Positions 8,746 through 17,388 of a stretch of DNA of 19,532 nucleotides are shown one piece after another. The stretch is from Candidatus Ratteibacteria bacterium. Lineage in GTDB: Bacteria; Ratteibacteria; UBA8468; B48-G9; JAFGKM01. The stretch lies in contig JBKBIN010000026.1 of assembly GCA_046296715.1 (NCBI GenBank), forward strand, positions 1 to 19,532, written 5' to 3'. The notes beneath the pieces are model-generated. The model saw nothing but the letters and a program-made list of their open reading frames with translations, ran no database searches and was not told the DNA's origin. The position numbers and the translations under genes are program-made. The stretch's first letter is position 1. Every line of letters begins with the position of its first letter.

Positions 8746-9392
8746 AAAAGGCGGTCTGTTTAATATCTGGTGGCATTGATAGTTTTGTTACCTCTGCAAT
8801 AGCAAAAAAGAAGGGTTATAAAATTTACTGTCTCACAATTGATTATGGACAGAAGGCAAGAAAAGAAATAGAAGCAGCAAAAAAGGTAGCAAAGTTTCTT
8901 AATGCAGAACAACATTTAATTTTAAAAATAGACCTAACTTTTTTAAAATCTTCTTTAACAAGGGAAAATATTAAAATACCAGAAAAAAATGTAAATGGCA
9001 TTCCTTCAACTTATGTTCCAGCAAGAAATACAATTTTTATCTCCCTTGCTCTTGGATATGCTGAAACAATTGGAGCAGAAGCGATCTTTATAGGTGTAAA
9101 TTCAGTTGATTTTTCAGGTTATCCTGACTGTAGACCTATTTATATAAAAAGATTTCAAAAACTTATTGATGTGGCAACAAAAGCAACTACTTATGGTAAA
9201 AAAATAAAATTATTTACACCTATAATAAACTTTTCAAAAGAAAAAATTGTTAAAAAAGCAATTTCTCTTGGTCTCGATCTATCAATAACCTGGTCTTGCT
9301 ATAAAAATGGAAAAAAACACTGTGGAAAATGTCCAAGTTGTAGAATACTTTTTTCTGTTCCAGAGTTTTTAAAATTGAGAAAAGAAATGTGA
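8742..9392 (+). CDS. queC: 7-cyano-7-deazaguanine (preQ0) synthase
   Basis: Motifs SGGIDS (PP-loop), DYGQ, STYVPARN, SGYPDCRP, TWSCY...CGKCPSC zinc site. True start is ATG 8742 (MKKAVCL), overlapping the queE stop. Confidence 0.95.
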   Translation: MKKAVCLISGGIDSFVTSAIAKKKGYKIYCLTIDYGQKARKEIEAAKKVAKFLNAEQHLILKIDLTFLKSSLTRENIKIPEKNVNGIPSTYVPARNTIFISLALGYAETIGAEAIFIGVNSVDFSGYPDCRPIYIKRFQKLIDVATKATTYGKKIKLFTPIINFSKEKIVKKAISLGLDLSITWSCYKNGKKHCGKCPSCRILFSVPEFLKLRKEM

Positions 9393-10235
9393 GAAAAAAC
9401 TTTCAGGACTTACTTTATAAGCAACATTAAAATTCCCTTTTTCATCCTCAACAAAATTTGTAATTCCCAAATTCTCTTTATTCTCTATTTCAACACTTGC
9501 TTTTCCCTTTTTAAATTCACATATATCTTTTTTAAATAGAATACTTGCCGCAAGAGGATCATGAAAAGTAATTATATCCCTACCCCTAAACCAGATTTCA
9601 GCAAAATTAAGAACTTCTTTAAGCAACTTATATTTTGAAAAATTTTCAATTACATCTTCTTTTTTCATAACCACTTTTGTTGTAACATCAAGTCCACAGA
9701 TATATATATTTTCTACATTACTTTCAAAAACAATATAAGCAGCATAAGGGTCACAACTTATATTCCATTCAACTTTTTTATCTCCAAAAAAGAAACCTCC
9801 CATTATATAAATACATTTTAAAAATTTAGTTATTTCAGGATAAAATTTAAAAAGGATTCCTATATTTGTTAGTGGACCAATAGTAATTAAATTAATCTCT
9901 CCAGGGTTATTTTTTATAGTTTCTATCAAAAAATTTAGCCATTCATTTTTATTGAACTCTTTTTTATAAGATATTCTTTCAAGATATTCAAACTGGGGGC
10001 ATAATTTCTGTTTTTGTTGTCCAATCAGAGGTTGTTCTAAACCTGGGAAAATAGGAATATTTTTGCCAAATTTTTCACATATATAACTTACCATCATACT
10101 TCTTTTTTCAACTTCACCAGTAACTGTTGTAACTCCTAATAATTCACAATCAGGATTTGATAATAGATAAGAAAGACAAATAGCATCATCAATATCAGAA
10201 CCAATATCTGTATCAAGAATCACTTTTTCCTTCAC
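9369..10235 (-). CDS. Inosine-uridine-preferring family nucleoside hydrolase
   Basis: Motifs DTDIGSDIDDA, IGPLTN, MGG, EWNISCDPYAA, GLDVT, FHDPLAA. GTG start overlaps the macrodomain gene end by 23 nt. Confidence 0.92.
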   Translation of the reverse strand: MKEKVILDTDIGSDIDDAICLSYLLSNPDCELLGVTTVTGEVEKRSMMVSYICEKFGKNIPIFPGLEQPLIGQQKQKLCPQFEYLERISYKKEFNKNEWLNFLIETIKNNPGEINLITIGPLTNIGILFKFYPEITKFLKCIYIMGGFFFGDKKVEWNISCDPYAAYIVFESNVENIYICGLDVTTKVVMKKEDVIENFSKYKLLKEVLNFAEIWFRGRDIITFHDPLAASILFKKDICEFKKGKASVEIENKENLGITNFVEDEKGNFNVAYKVSPESFFSHFFSQF

Positions 10236-10764
10236 TCAATTCCTCCAATTTTTTTGAAAATATTAAATAACTTTTTTCATCAAAAAGAACAAATCTTATT
10301 AATTTTATTGATTTCAGTTCAGTTATTTTTTCCAAAACTGCTTTAATTGAAACTTCTGCTGCTTGTTCAATAGGATATCCATAAATTCCGGTTGAAATTG
10401 CAGGAAAAGCAATAGATTTTAAATTATTTTCATCAGCAAGTTTAAGTGAATTTGAAAAACACATTCTTAATTTTTCTGCTGGATTTATTTCTTCAGAATA
10501 AACTGGACCTACAGTATGAATCACATATTTGTTTGGTAAATTATATGCCTTTGTTATTACAGCCTCTCCTGTTTCAATTGGAGCATACTTTTTGGCTTCT
10601 TGATATAATTCTGGACCTGCCTTTTTATGTATAGCACCTGAAACACCACCTCCTGGTGTCAAATATTTATTAGCAGCATTAACAATTACCTCAATATCAT
10701 TTTGTTCAGTTATATCTCCTTTAATACATTCAATTTTTATTCCGTATTTTTCAACTTTTTTCAT
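10213..10764 (-). CDS. Macrodomain protein (MacroD/YmdB-like ADP-ribose-processing enzyme)
   Basis: Motifs GDIT, IVNAAN..L..GGGVSGAIH, VIHTVGP, AFPAISTGIYGYP. Start set to ATG 10764; the ORF-track TTG at 10782 lies within the promoter. Confidence 0.93.
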   Translation of the reverse strand: MKKVEKYGIKIECIKGDITEQNDIEVIVNAANKYLTPGGGVSGAIHKKAGPELYQEAKKYAPIETGEAVITKAYNLPNKYVIHTVGPVYSEEINPAEKLRMCFSNSLKLADENNLKSIAFPAISTGIYGYPIEQAAEVSIKAVLEKITELKSIKLIRFVLFDEKSYLIFSKKLEELSEGKSDS

Positions 10765-10772
10765 AGTAATAC

Positions 10773-10800
10773 ATTTTATCAAATTTTAAAAAATTTTCAA
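10773..10800 (-). promoter_or_regulatory. Sigma70-type promoter (extended -10) of the macrodomain-nucleoside hydrolase operon
   Basis: Minus strand TTGAAA (10800-10795), 16 nt including TG, TAAAAT (10778-10773), 8 nt, ATG (10764). The AT-rich background lowers certainty. Confidence 0.6.
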
Positions 10801-10811
10801 TTTTTTTTCAT

Positions 10812-10840
10812 TTGACAAAAATTATTTTCTATGAAAAAAT
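10812..10840 (+). promoter_or_regulatory. Sigma70-type promoter of the deacetylase-GH2-phosphoesterase operon
   Basis: TTGACA (10812-10817), 17 nt, (TGn)AAAAAT (10835-10840). Same geometry relative to the operator as the lacI promoter. Confidence 0.7.
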
Positions 10841-10854
10841 GTAAACGGTTACAA
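10838..10854. promoter_or_regulatory. LacI-family operator, copy 1
   Basis: AATGTAAACGGTTACAA; the core TGTAAA-CG-GTTACA is a near-palindrome with central CG. Identical to 17363-17379. Confidence 0.88.
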
Positions 10855-10855
10855 A

Positions 10856-11608
10856 ATGGGAGAAAAAATCATTTATACAAGAGGAGATGACTGCGGAATA
10901 AGTATAAGCACTAATCTTGCTATTTATAGTGCCTGTAAATATGGAATTTTAAAAAATATTTCACTAATACCTGTTTCTCCTTATATTAAAAGATCATATG
11001 CTATTCTTAATGAATTTGAAGATATAAGTTTTGGACTGCATATAACTCTTACATGTGAATGGAAAAACATCAAATGGGGACCTATTCTTGATAAAGATAA
11101 AGTTTCTTCCTTGGTTGATGAAAATGGTTATTTTTATCCTGATGGGAAAACAATGTTTGAAAAAAAAGTAAATAGGAAAGATATGGAAAAAGAAATAGAA
11201 GCACAACTTGAATATCTTGAGAGTATTGGATTTAAAATTTCATATGTTGATATACATATGGGAATTGGCTGGGTTAATAATATAGAAGAATTTGTTGTAG
11301 AATTATGTAAAAAGAAAAAAATTGTTTTTGTAGATAAATTATATAAAAAATTTCCAGACCATAATTTTAATTACAAAAAATTTTTGAATAATCTTGAAAA
11401 TTTAGAAAATGGAGAATATTTACTTATCACCCATCCTACAATTCACACAATAGAAAAGAATCTTTACTCAACTTACTGGGAAAATTCAAATTCAATAATT
11501 GAAAAAAGGACTTTTGATTTTACGATTTTAACTGATGATACTGTAAAGGAAGTAATAAAAAGAAAAAAAATTAAATTAAAAAGATTTGAAAAAGGAGTTG
11601 GAGAATGA
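10856..11608 (+). CDS. YdjC/ChbG/HpnK-family carbohydrate deacetylase (cytoplasmic)
   Basis: Motifs RGDDCG, GLHITLTCEW...WGP, SSLVDENGYF, EIEAQL, YVDIHMG, ITHP. No signal peptide. Confidence 0.88.
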   Translation: MGEKIIYTRGDDCGISISTNLAIYSACKYGILKNISLIPVSPYIKRSYAILNEFEDISFGLHITLTCEWKNIKWGPILDKDKVSSLVDENGYFYPDGKTMFEKKVNRKDMEKEIEAQLEYLESIGFKISYVDIHMGIGWVNNIEEFVVELCKKKKIVFVDKLYKKFPDHNFNYKKFLNNLENLENGEYLLITHPTIHTIEKNLYSTYWENSNSIIEKRTFDFTILTDDTVKEVIKRKKIKLKRFEKGVGE

Positions 11609-14600
11609 GAAGAATAATTTTTTTATTTTTTCTTTTTTTAAGTATTGTTTTTTCTTCTGAATATATTTGGATAGAAGGAGAAAATTTCACAAAAAGTAAT
11701 TTTAAACTTGATATCTGGTCAGGAGAAAAACCACAAATTTTATCAAATGGTTCGTGGGCAACCTGCGTTCTTAATAAAGAAGATATACCAACAAAACTAC
11801 CGAATGAAGGAATAATAATAGAATATGACTTTAAAGTTCCAAAAAAGGATGAGTATAATATTTGGTTTAGAATTGGATATGAATGGGCAAGGGCACCAAT
11901 AGAATGGAAAATTGATGATAATGATTGGCAAATACTTTCAGCAGATACTCAAACAACAAATGTAATAGAAGTTGGTGTATGGTGTGAAGTTGCCTGGATT
12001 AAAGTTGGTAAAATAACACTTGATCAGGGAGAACATAAAGTTACTTTTAGATTTAAGGAAACTAATAGAGACAGATTGATTTTAGGCATTGATTGTATTG
12101 CATTTATAAAAGATGTCAATTTTTTACCTGATGGAAAATTAAAACCTAATGAGATTTACAATGAAGAGATAGATAAAAAGGCAAAAGAAAATATATTCAA
12201 AATTGATTATAAAAATAAAAATGAGAGACAGGAATTTTCATTAAATGGAATATGGGAAATAGCAAGATATGACGACTCTGATATGGATAAAAACCCATAT
12301 GAACCAGAAAAAGAAATTCCTTCTGAAATTTTGAATAATTTAAAATGGAGAGGGATTGAAGTTCCTGGTGATGCATGGAGTAGACCTGAATTAACCTTTG
12401 GACATAGAGTTATATATAGAACAAAAATAGAGATTCCTGAACAGATAGAAAATAAAAGTTTCATTCTACATTTTTCAGGAACAAACTGGATAGTAAGCGT
12501 ATTTTTAAATGGAAAATATATAGGAGGGCATAGGTCTGTTCTTGTTCCATGGGATATTGATATAACAGAAGGTATAATCCCTGGAAAAGTAAATGAAATT
12601 ATGTTAATAGTTAAAGGTCCATATTATGCAATTGATTATAAATCATCAAAAGCACAAGACCTTGACCATACAAGAAATAGACCAAAATCAGTTTTCAGAA
12701 ATACTTTCTTTATTGCTCCAGTTTATCCCTCAACAAAAGGAGAAGGCGATGGAACTCAAATAGGTATTATTTTTCCAGTTAAATTAGTAATTGCAGGTAA
12801 AATTTATGTTTCGGATGTTTTTGTTAAGACATATGTAAAAGATAAGAAAATTGAGATTGATTATGAGATAAAAAATAATGAAAAGACAGAAAAAGATTTA
12901 GAAATTCAGCCAGTTATAATAAATAAAAAAACAGGAAAAATAGAAAAAACGATAGAAACAATTAAATTTTCAATCCCTGCTTTAAATACAAAAAATATTA
13001 AATTTGAAGAAAAATGGGAAAATCCAAAACTTTGGTGGCCTGAAAGAAATCCTGAACTTTATATATTGAGAACAACTATAAAAGAAAGGAATGAAGAAAT
13101 AGATATTCATCAACTACAATTTGGTTTTAGAGAAATAAGTATTGACGGAAGGCATTTTCTTTTAAACGGTATTAAGTGGCATTTTTGGAATTGGGTAGAT
13201 GTTCCAAAAGTTGAAACAAAGGAAGAATGGCTTGCTGCTTATGAAAAACAAAATGATAGATTCCACAGAATTTCTTATGACCATGATAGAATTTTTTCTT
13301 GCAGAGAAGAAGCACTTAAATTTTTTGATGAAAATGGAATTCCTGGACGACTTTCAACTTGTATAGATGGTATGTTTATAACTTATAATCTTAACAATCC
13401 AGTTGTATGGGAACATTTTAAAGAACATATTTATCAAGTAGTTAAGGCATATAGAAATCATCCCTCAATAATGATGTGGAGTTTAGAAAATGAACTTTTA
13501 CTTATAAATGCTTTTTGGAGACATTGGAATACTTACAAAGAAATTGAAAAATTATGTGAAGAACTTATAAGAATTCAAGAACAACTTGATCCAACAAGAA
13601 AAAGTATATTTGATGGAGGAGGGGATGTAGGCGGATATGCTTCAATAAATTGTCAACACTATACTTGGCCTTCCGGAGAACCATTCCCAACTTTCGCTTA
13701 CAATTATCCAGAAAAAAAACAGACATATACTGAAAGAACAAGAGAAATCTATAATTGGGATAAAAAAAAGCCGCTTATTTTAGGAGAGGTCTTCTTTTAT
13801 GGAGGAAATCCTAACAATGTTATTTGGATTGGTGGGCCTGAAGTTTATAGAGGAAGGGATAGAGCAGACATTTATGCATCAAAATATGCAAGGATATGTA
13901 TAGAAGGAGCAAGGTGGCAGGAGGTAACTGGAATATGTCCGTGGGTAAGAGGATTGCCAGATGCAGAAAAATCTTTTTGTCCGAAAGCAGTATTTTTAAG
14001 AGAACATAATAGTTGTTTCTTTTCAGGAGATGAATTTAAAAAAACAATTAGAATTTTTAATGATGATAAAGAGGATGATAATTTGACATTTCAGTGGCAA
14101 CTTTTGGTTGATGAAAGAATTTATGAAAAAGGACAAAAAACATATAAAGTTAAAGCAGGTGAATATGTTGAAGATAAACTTGAAATTCAATTGCCAAATC
14201 TTACAAAAAGAACTGATGGAAAATTGATTTTAAAACTCTTATCAAATAATAAACTTGTTTTTCAAGATGAAAAAAATATCTCAATTTTTCCAAAAGTAAG
14301 CAAGGTTAACTTTAAAAATTTGAATTTGAATAATCTTTTTGTATATGATTTGGAAGGGAAAATTAAAAATGCATTAAAACAGATTGGACAGAATTTTTCA
14401 ATTTTAGAAGATTTTAATTCCATTCCACAATCACTTGAGTATTTAATTATAGGTTCAAATAGCATTAATAAAGAAAATAGAAAAATTATATCAGAAAAAA
14501 TAAAAACATTAATAAAAGAAGGAAAAAAGATAGTGGTTTTTGAACAAGAAACTCCACTTGAAAAAAATGAATTACCTGTAAATGTTGAGATATCAAGACA

Positions 14601-15975
14601 AACAAAAAAAACAACTGAAATTTACTCTGAATTTAAAAAACCTGAAGGAGCAAGTGGTTCTGTATGTTTCCCTGTTGCATTAAGTCATCCTATTCTTGAA
14701 GGATTAAAACAGAATGATTTCTTTACTTGGGTTGATGATTATAATTTCAAGGTGAGTTATAAGACACCAGAAAAAGGAGTAATTTCAATAATTCAAGCAG
14801 GAGATGATTTAAATCTTACACCTATGCTTGAAATAGTTGAAGGAAAAGGAAGTTTAATTTTATGTCAATTGTTGGTTGGTGAAAAATTTGCAAAAGAACC
14901 AGTTTCTCAAAAAATTTTATACAATATACTTGCTTATTTTGACAGAATTAAAGAAAGAGTTGAGAGAAAATTTTATATAATTTCTTCAGAAGACCAGAAA
15001 TTAAAGGACTTTATAAAGTTAGCAGGAATAAAATTTGAAGAAAAGGATAGGCTTGATGATTTGAATGAAAAAAGTGTTTATATAATAAAAGGGACAAAGG
15101 AAAATCTTAAAAATCTTCTAAATGATAAAGATAAACTTAAAAATTACTTTAAAAACGGAAACTGGCTTGTAATATTCAATATAGATGATAAGTCAATTAA
15201 TGAATTTAATACTCTTGTTGAATTTAACCATAGAATAAGAAAATTCAGAAAAGAAAAAGTTTTAATTGAAGATTTATCAGAACCTTTATTATTAGGACTT
15301 ACAGATAGAGATTTTAGTATGTTCAGTGATGAAGTCCTTGCTCCATGGATTAATCTTAATTGGATTTCAGATAAAGTTTTTACATATGTAGTTGATGGAA
15401 AAGAAATTGCTTCTTTTGGAGGAGAAAGTGGTAAAGTGATACAGGTTACAAATGGACTTACAAATGAAGATTTCTGGAGATATATTCAATATTTAAATGC
15501 TGATGGAGATTCAATTGAATTTAATTTTAAAAAACCAGAGATTATAACAGAAATACGGATAAAACCAACTTCAGGTCCATATTATAAACTTAAAGATATA
15601 GAAATTATTTTTGACGATGATGTAAATAATAAATTGGTTTATACCTGTTCTGAACAGGGTGGATTCCAAAATATAAAATTAAAACAGCCAATTAAATGTT
15701 CAAAAATAAGAATAAATAACATAAATTACTGGCCTGGAAAATCTACACAAAATCTTGTTGGAATTGATATAGTTGAAATTTATAGAAAAGTTGATAAATT
15801 AGAAAAAGAAGAAATAAAACCATTAACAAAACCTTCAGGAATAGTAAAATATCAGAAAGAAAAAGGAGGAATTTTATTGATACAGATTGATTATACCACT
15901 CCTGATAGAAAAGAAAATATGTCAAAGAAAATTAATATTGTTTCAAATATATTAAGAAATCTTGGACAGTTATGA
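11605..15975 (+). CDS. Large secreted multidomain glycoside hydrolase, GH2-like
   Basis: Signal peptide; N-terminal WIEGE beta-sandwich; SLNGIW, VFLNGKYIGGH, PKLWWPERNPELY, FGFREI, RNHPSIMMWSLENE (acid/base), DPTR, PLILGE (putative nucleophile); long C-terminal accessory region. ATGA overlaps with both neighbours. Confidence 0.88.
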   Translation: MRRIIFLFFLFLSIVFSSEYIWIEGENFTKSNFKLDIWSGEKPQILSNGSWATCVLNKEDIPTKLPNEGIIIEYDFKVPKKDEYNIWFRIGYEWARAPIEWKIDDNDWQILSADTQTTNVIEVGVWCEVAWIKVGKITLDQGEHKVTFRFKETNRDRLILGIDCIAFIKDVNFLPDGKLKPNEIYNEEIDKKAKENIFKIDYKNKNERQEFSLNGIWEIARYDDSDMDKNPYEPEKEIPSEILNNLKWRGIEVPGDAWSRPELTFGHRVIYRTKIEIPEQIENKSFILHFSGTNWIVSVFLNGKYIGGHRSVLVPWDIDITEGIIPGKVNEIMLIVKGPYYAIDYKSSKAQDLDHTRNRPKSVFRNTFFIAPVYPSTKGEGDGTQIGIIFPVKLVIAGKIYVSDVFVKTYVKDKKIEIDYEIKNNEKTEKDLEIQPVIINKKTGKIEKTIETIKFSIPALNTKNIKFEEKWENPKLWWPERNPELYILRTTIKERNEEIDIHQLQFGFREISIDGRHFLLNGIKWHFWNWVDVPKVETKEEWLAAYEKQNDRFHRISYDHDRIFSCREEALKFFDENGIPGRLSTCIDGMFITYNLNNPVVWEHFKEHIYQVVKAYRNHPSIMMWSLENELLLINAFWRHWNTYKEIEKLCEELIRIQEQLDPTRKSIFDGGGDVGGYASINCQHYTWPSGEPFPTFAYNYPEKKQTYTERTREIYNWDKKKPLILGEVFFYGGNPNNVIWIGGPEVYRGRDRADIYASKYARICIEGARWQEVTGICPWVRGLPDAEKSFCPKAVFLREHNSCFFSGDEFKKTIRIFNDDKEDDNLTFQWQLLVDERIYEKGQKTYKVKAGEYVEDKLEIQLPNLTKRTDGKLILKLLSNNKLVFQDEKNISIFPKVSKVNFKNLNLNNLFVYDLEGKIKNALKQIGQNFSILEDFNSIPQSLEYLIIGSNSINKENRKIISEKIKTLIKEGKKIVVFEQETPLEKNELPVNVEISRQTKKTTEIYSEFKKPEGASGSVCFPVALSHPILEGLKQNDFFTWVDDYNFKVSYKTPEKGVISIIQAGDDLNLTPMLEIVEGKGSLILCQLLVGEKFAKEPVSQKILYNILAYFDRIKERVERKFYIISSEDQKLKDFIKLAGIKFEEKDRLDDLNEKSVYIIKGTKENLKNLLNDKDKLKNYFKNGNWLVIFNIDDKSINEFNTLVEFNHRIRKFRKEKVLIEDLSEPLLLGLTDRDFSMFSDEVLAPWINLNWISDKVFTYVVDGKEIASFGGESGKVIQVTNGLTNEDFWRYIQYLNADGDSIEFNFKKPEIITEIRIKPTSGPYYKLKDIEIIFDDDVNNKLVYTCSEQGGFQNIKLKQPIKCSKIRINNINYWPGKSTQNLVGIDIVEIYRKVDKLEKEEIKPLTKPSGIVKYQKEKGGILLIQIDYTTPDRKENMSKKINIVSNILRNLGQL

Positions 15976-17330
15976 AAAATTTGAAGAAATACTTTTTTAT
16001 AACTTTATTATTTGTTTCTATTTTACATTCTGAAGAAAAAAAAGCATTAAGATTTTTAGTAATGGGAGACCCTCAATTTGGATTAAAAGTACCAGGAGAT
16101 TTTGAATCAGGTTTTATATGGTCAAGTTCTTTATGGGAAAAGATGCCTGAGATATGTAAAAAACTCAATGTAAAATATTTTTTTATTTGTGGAGATATTT
16201 TTGGACTTGAAACTGCTGGTAAAAGCAAAACAGGAAAAGATGTATGTAATGAATCTTATAAAATTTTCTATGATGAGTGGGAAAAATATTTAAAAAAATT
16301 TGAAGGAATCTGTAAGGTTTTCTGGATTGTTGGAGGCCATGAATTTGCTTATTGTAAAGAGAAAGGCGAAACCTACTGGGACAATAGCAGTAGAGATTAT
16401 TTTCTAAAAAATTATTCAGACAAGATTCGTTATTTTATTATTGATGATGAAAACTTATTTATTCTTTTTGACAAAACACATGATTGGGATTATTTAAGTC
16501 AAGGAGGATTTAAAAGTAATGATAGTTTAATATGGTTAGAAAATATACTTGAAAAATATAAAGATTTAAAATATAAATGGTTTTTTGGTCATGTTCCTCC
16601 AAGAAATATAACAGAATGGTGGCCTGATAGAGAAATTTTAAAAGAGGATAAGAACATAAAAATGGCAAAACTTCTTGAAAAATATAAAATTACATCTGCT
16701 TTTTTCGGGCATGAACATGATGAATATTTTTTAGGAGATAGAGGAGGTTTCCCAATGTTTGTTACTGGTATGCGATATCCTTTGCTTGTTGAAGTAAACA
16801 ATGAAGAAATAAATTATAGTTGGATAATTGATACAACAAATTTAAAGGCATTTTTAAACGCTTTTAATTTACCCGCAATAAATTTATGGAAAATAGCAGT
16901 TATAAAAAATAATGAAATAATTTCTAAAGAAACAGAAAATATAGAACCTGATCTATTTAAAGATTTAGATTTCAAATTTGTTAAAGTTGACAGAAGTGGA
17001 TTTATTAATTTAGAAGAATTTTTTGATTTAAAAGTTGGAGATAAATTAATTGCTATAAGTGAATTTAAATCAGTGTATTATAAAGGTTGTCATTTAATGA
17101 TAAAAAGTAGTTTACCATTTTCAATATGGATAAATGGAAAACTTTTAGAAAAAAATAAAGAAGGAGATGATAAATATCATTTTTATAGTTCATATTCAAT
17201 AAGATTAAATGAAGATAAAAATTTTATTATTTTGCTTTTAGAAGTCAAAAGAGAGAAAAATTATTTTGCTGTATTTAGAGATTTCAGTGTTAATGTCTTT
17301 TATAAATTTTCAAAAGAACTACAAAATTAA
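15972..17330 (+). CDS. Secreted calcineurin-like metallophosphoesterase with C-terminal beta-sandwich (PA14/CBM-like) domain
   Basis: Signal peptide; MGDPQ, CGD, GGHE, GHVP, GHEH motifs; C-terminal segment FSIWINGKLL...IRLNEDKNFIILLL. Confidence 0.8.
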   Translation: MKNLKKYFFITLLFVSILHSEEKKALRFLVMGDPQFGLKVPGDFESGFIWSSSLWEKMPEICKKLNVKYFFICGDIFGLETAGKSKTGKDVCNESYKIFYDEWEKYLKKFEGICKVFWIVGGHEFAYCKEKGETYWDNSSRDYFLKNYSDKIRYFIIDDENLFILFDKTHDWDYLSQGGFKSNDSLIWLENILEKYKDLKYKWFFGHVPPRNITEWWPDREILKEDKNIKMAKLLEKYKITSAFFGHEHDEYFLGDRGGFPMFVTGMRYPLLVEVNNEEINYSWIIDTTNLKAFLNAFNLPAINLWKIAVIKNNEIISKETENIEPDLFKDLDFKFVKVDRSGFINLEEFFDLKVGDKLIAISEFKSVYYKGCHLMIKSSLPFSIWINGKLLEKNKEGDDKYHFYSSYSIRLNEDKNFIILLLEVKREKNYFAVFRDFSVNVFYKFSKELQN

Positions 17331-17336
17331 AAAAAC

Positions 17337-17365
17337 TTGACAAAATGAAGATATATAGGTATAAT
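17337..17365 (+). promoter_or_regulatory. Consensus sigma70 promoter of the LacI regulator
   Basis: TTGACA (17337-17342), 17 nt, TATAAT (17360-17365): perfect consensus. Confidence 0.92.
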
Positions 17366-17379
17366 GTAAACGGTTACAA
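17363..17379. promoter_or_regulatory. LacI-family operator, copy 2 (autoregulatory)
   Basis: AATGTAAACGGTTACAA, identical to 10838-10854. Overlaps the -10 end and expected +1, just upstream of the lacI-family start. Confidence 0.9.
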
Positions 17380-17388
17380 GGAAAAAAT

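Noticed and set aside
8149..9392. dpd-type 7-deazaguanine DNA modification/defence island
   Set aside because: No dpdA/tgt-like, dpdB/C, helicase or nuclease genes are in the window, and the context is housekeeping.
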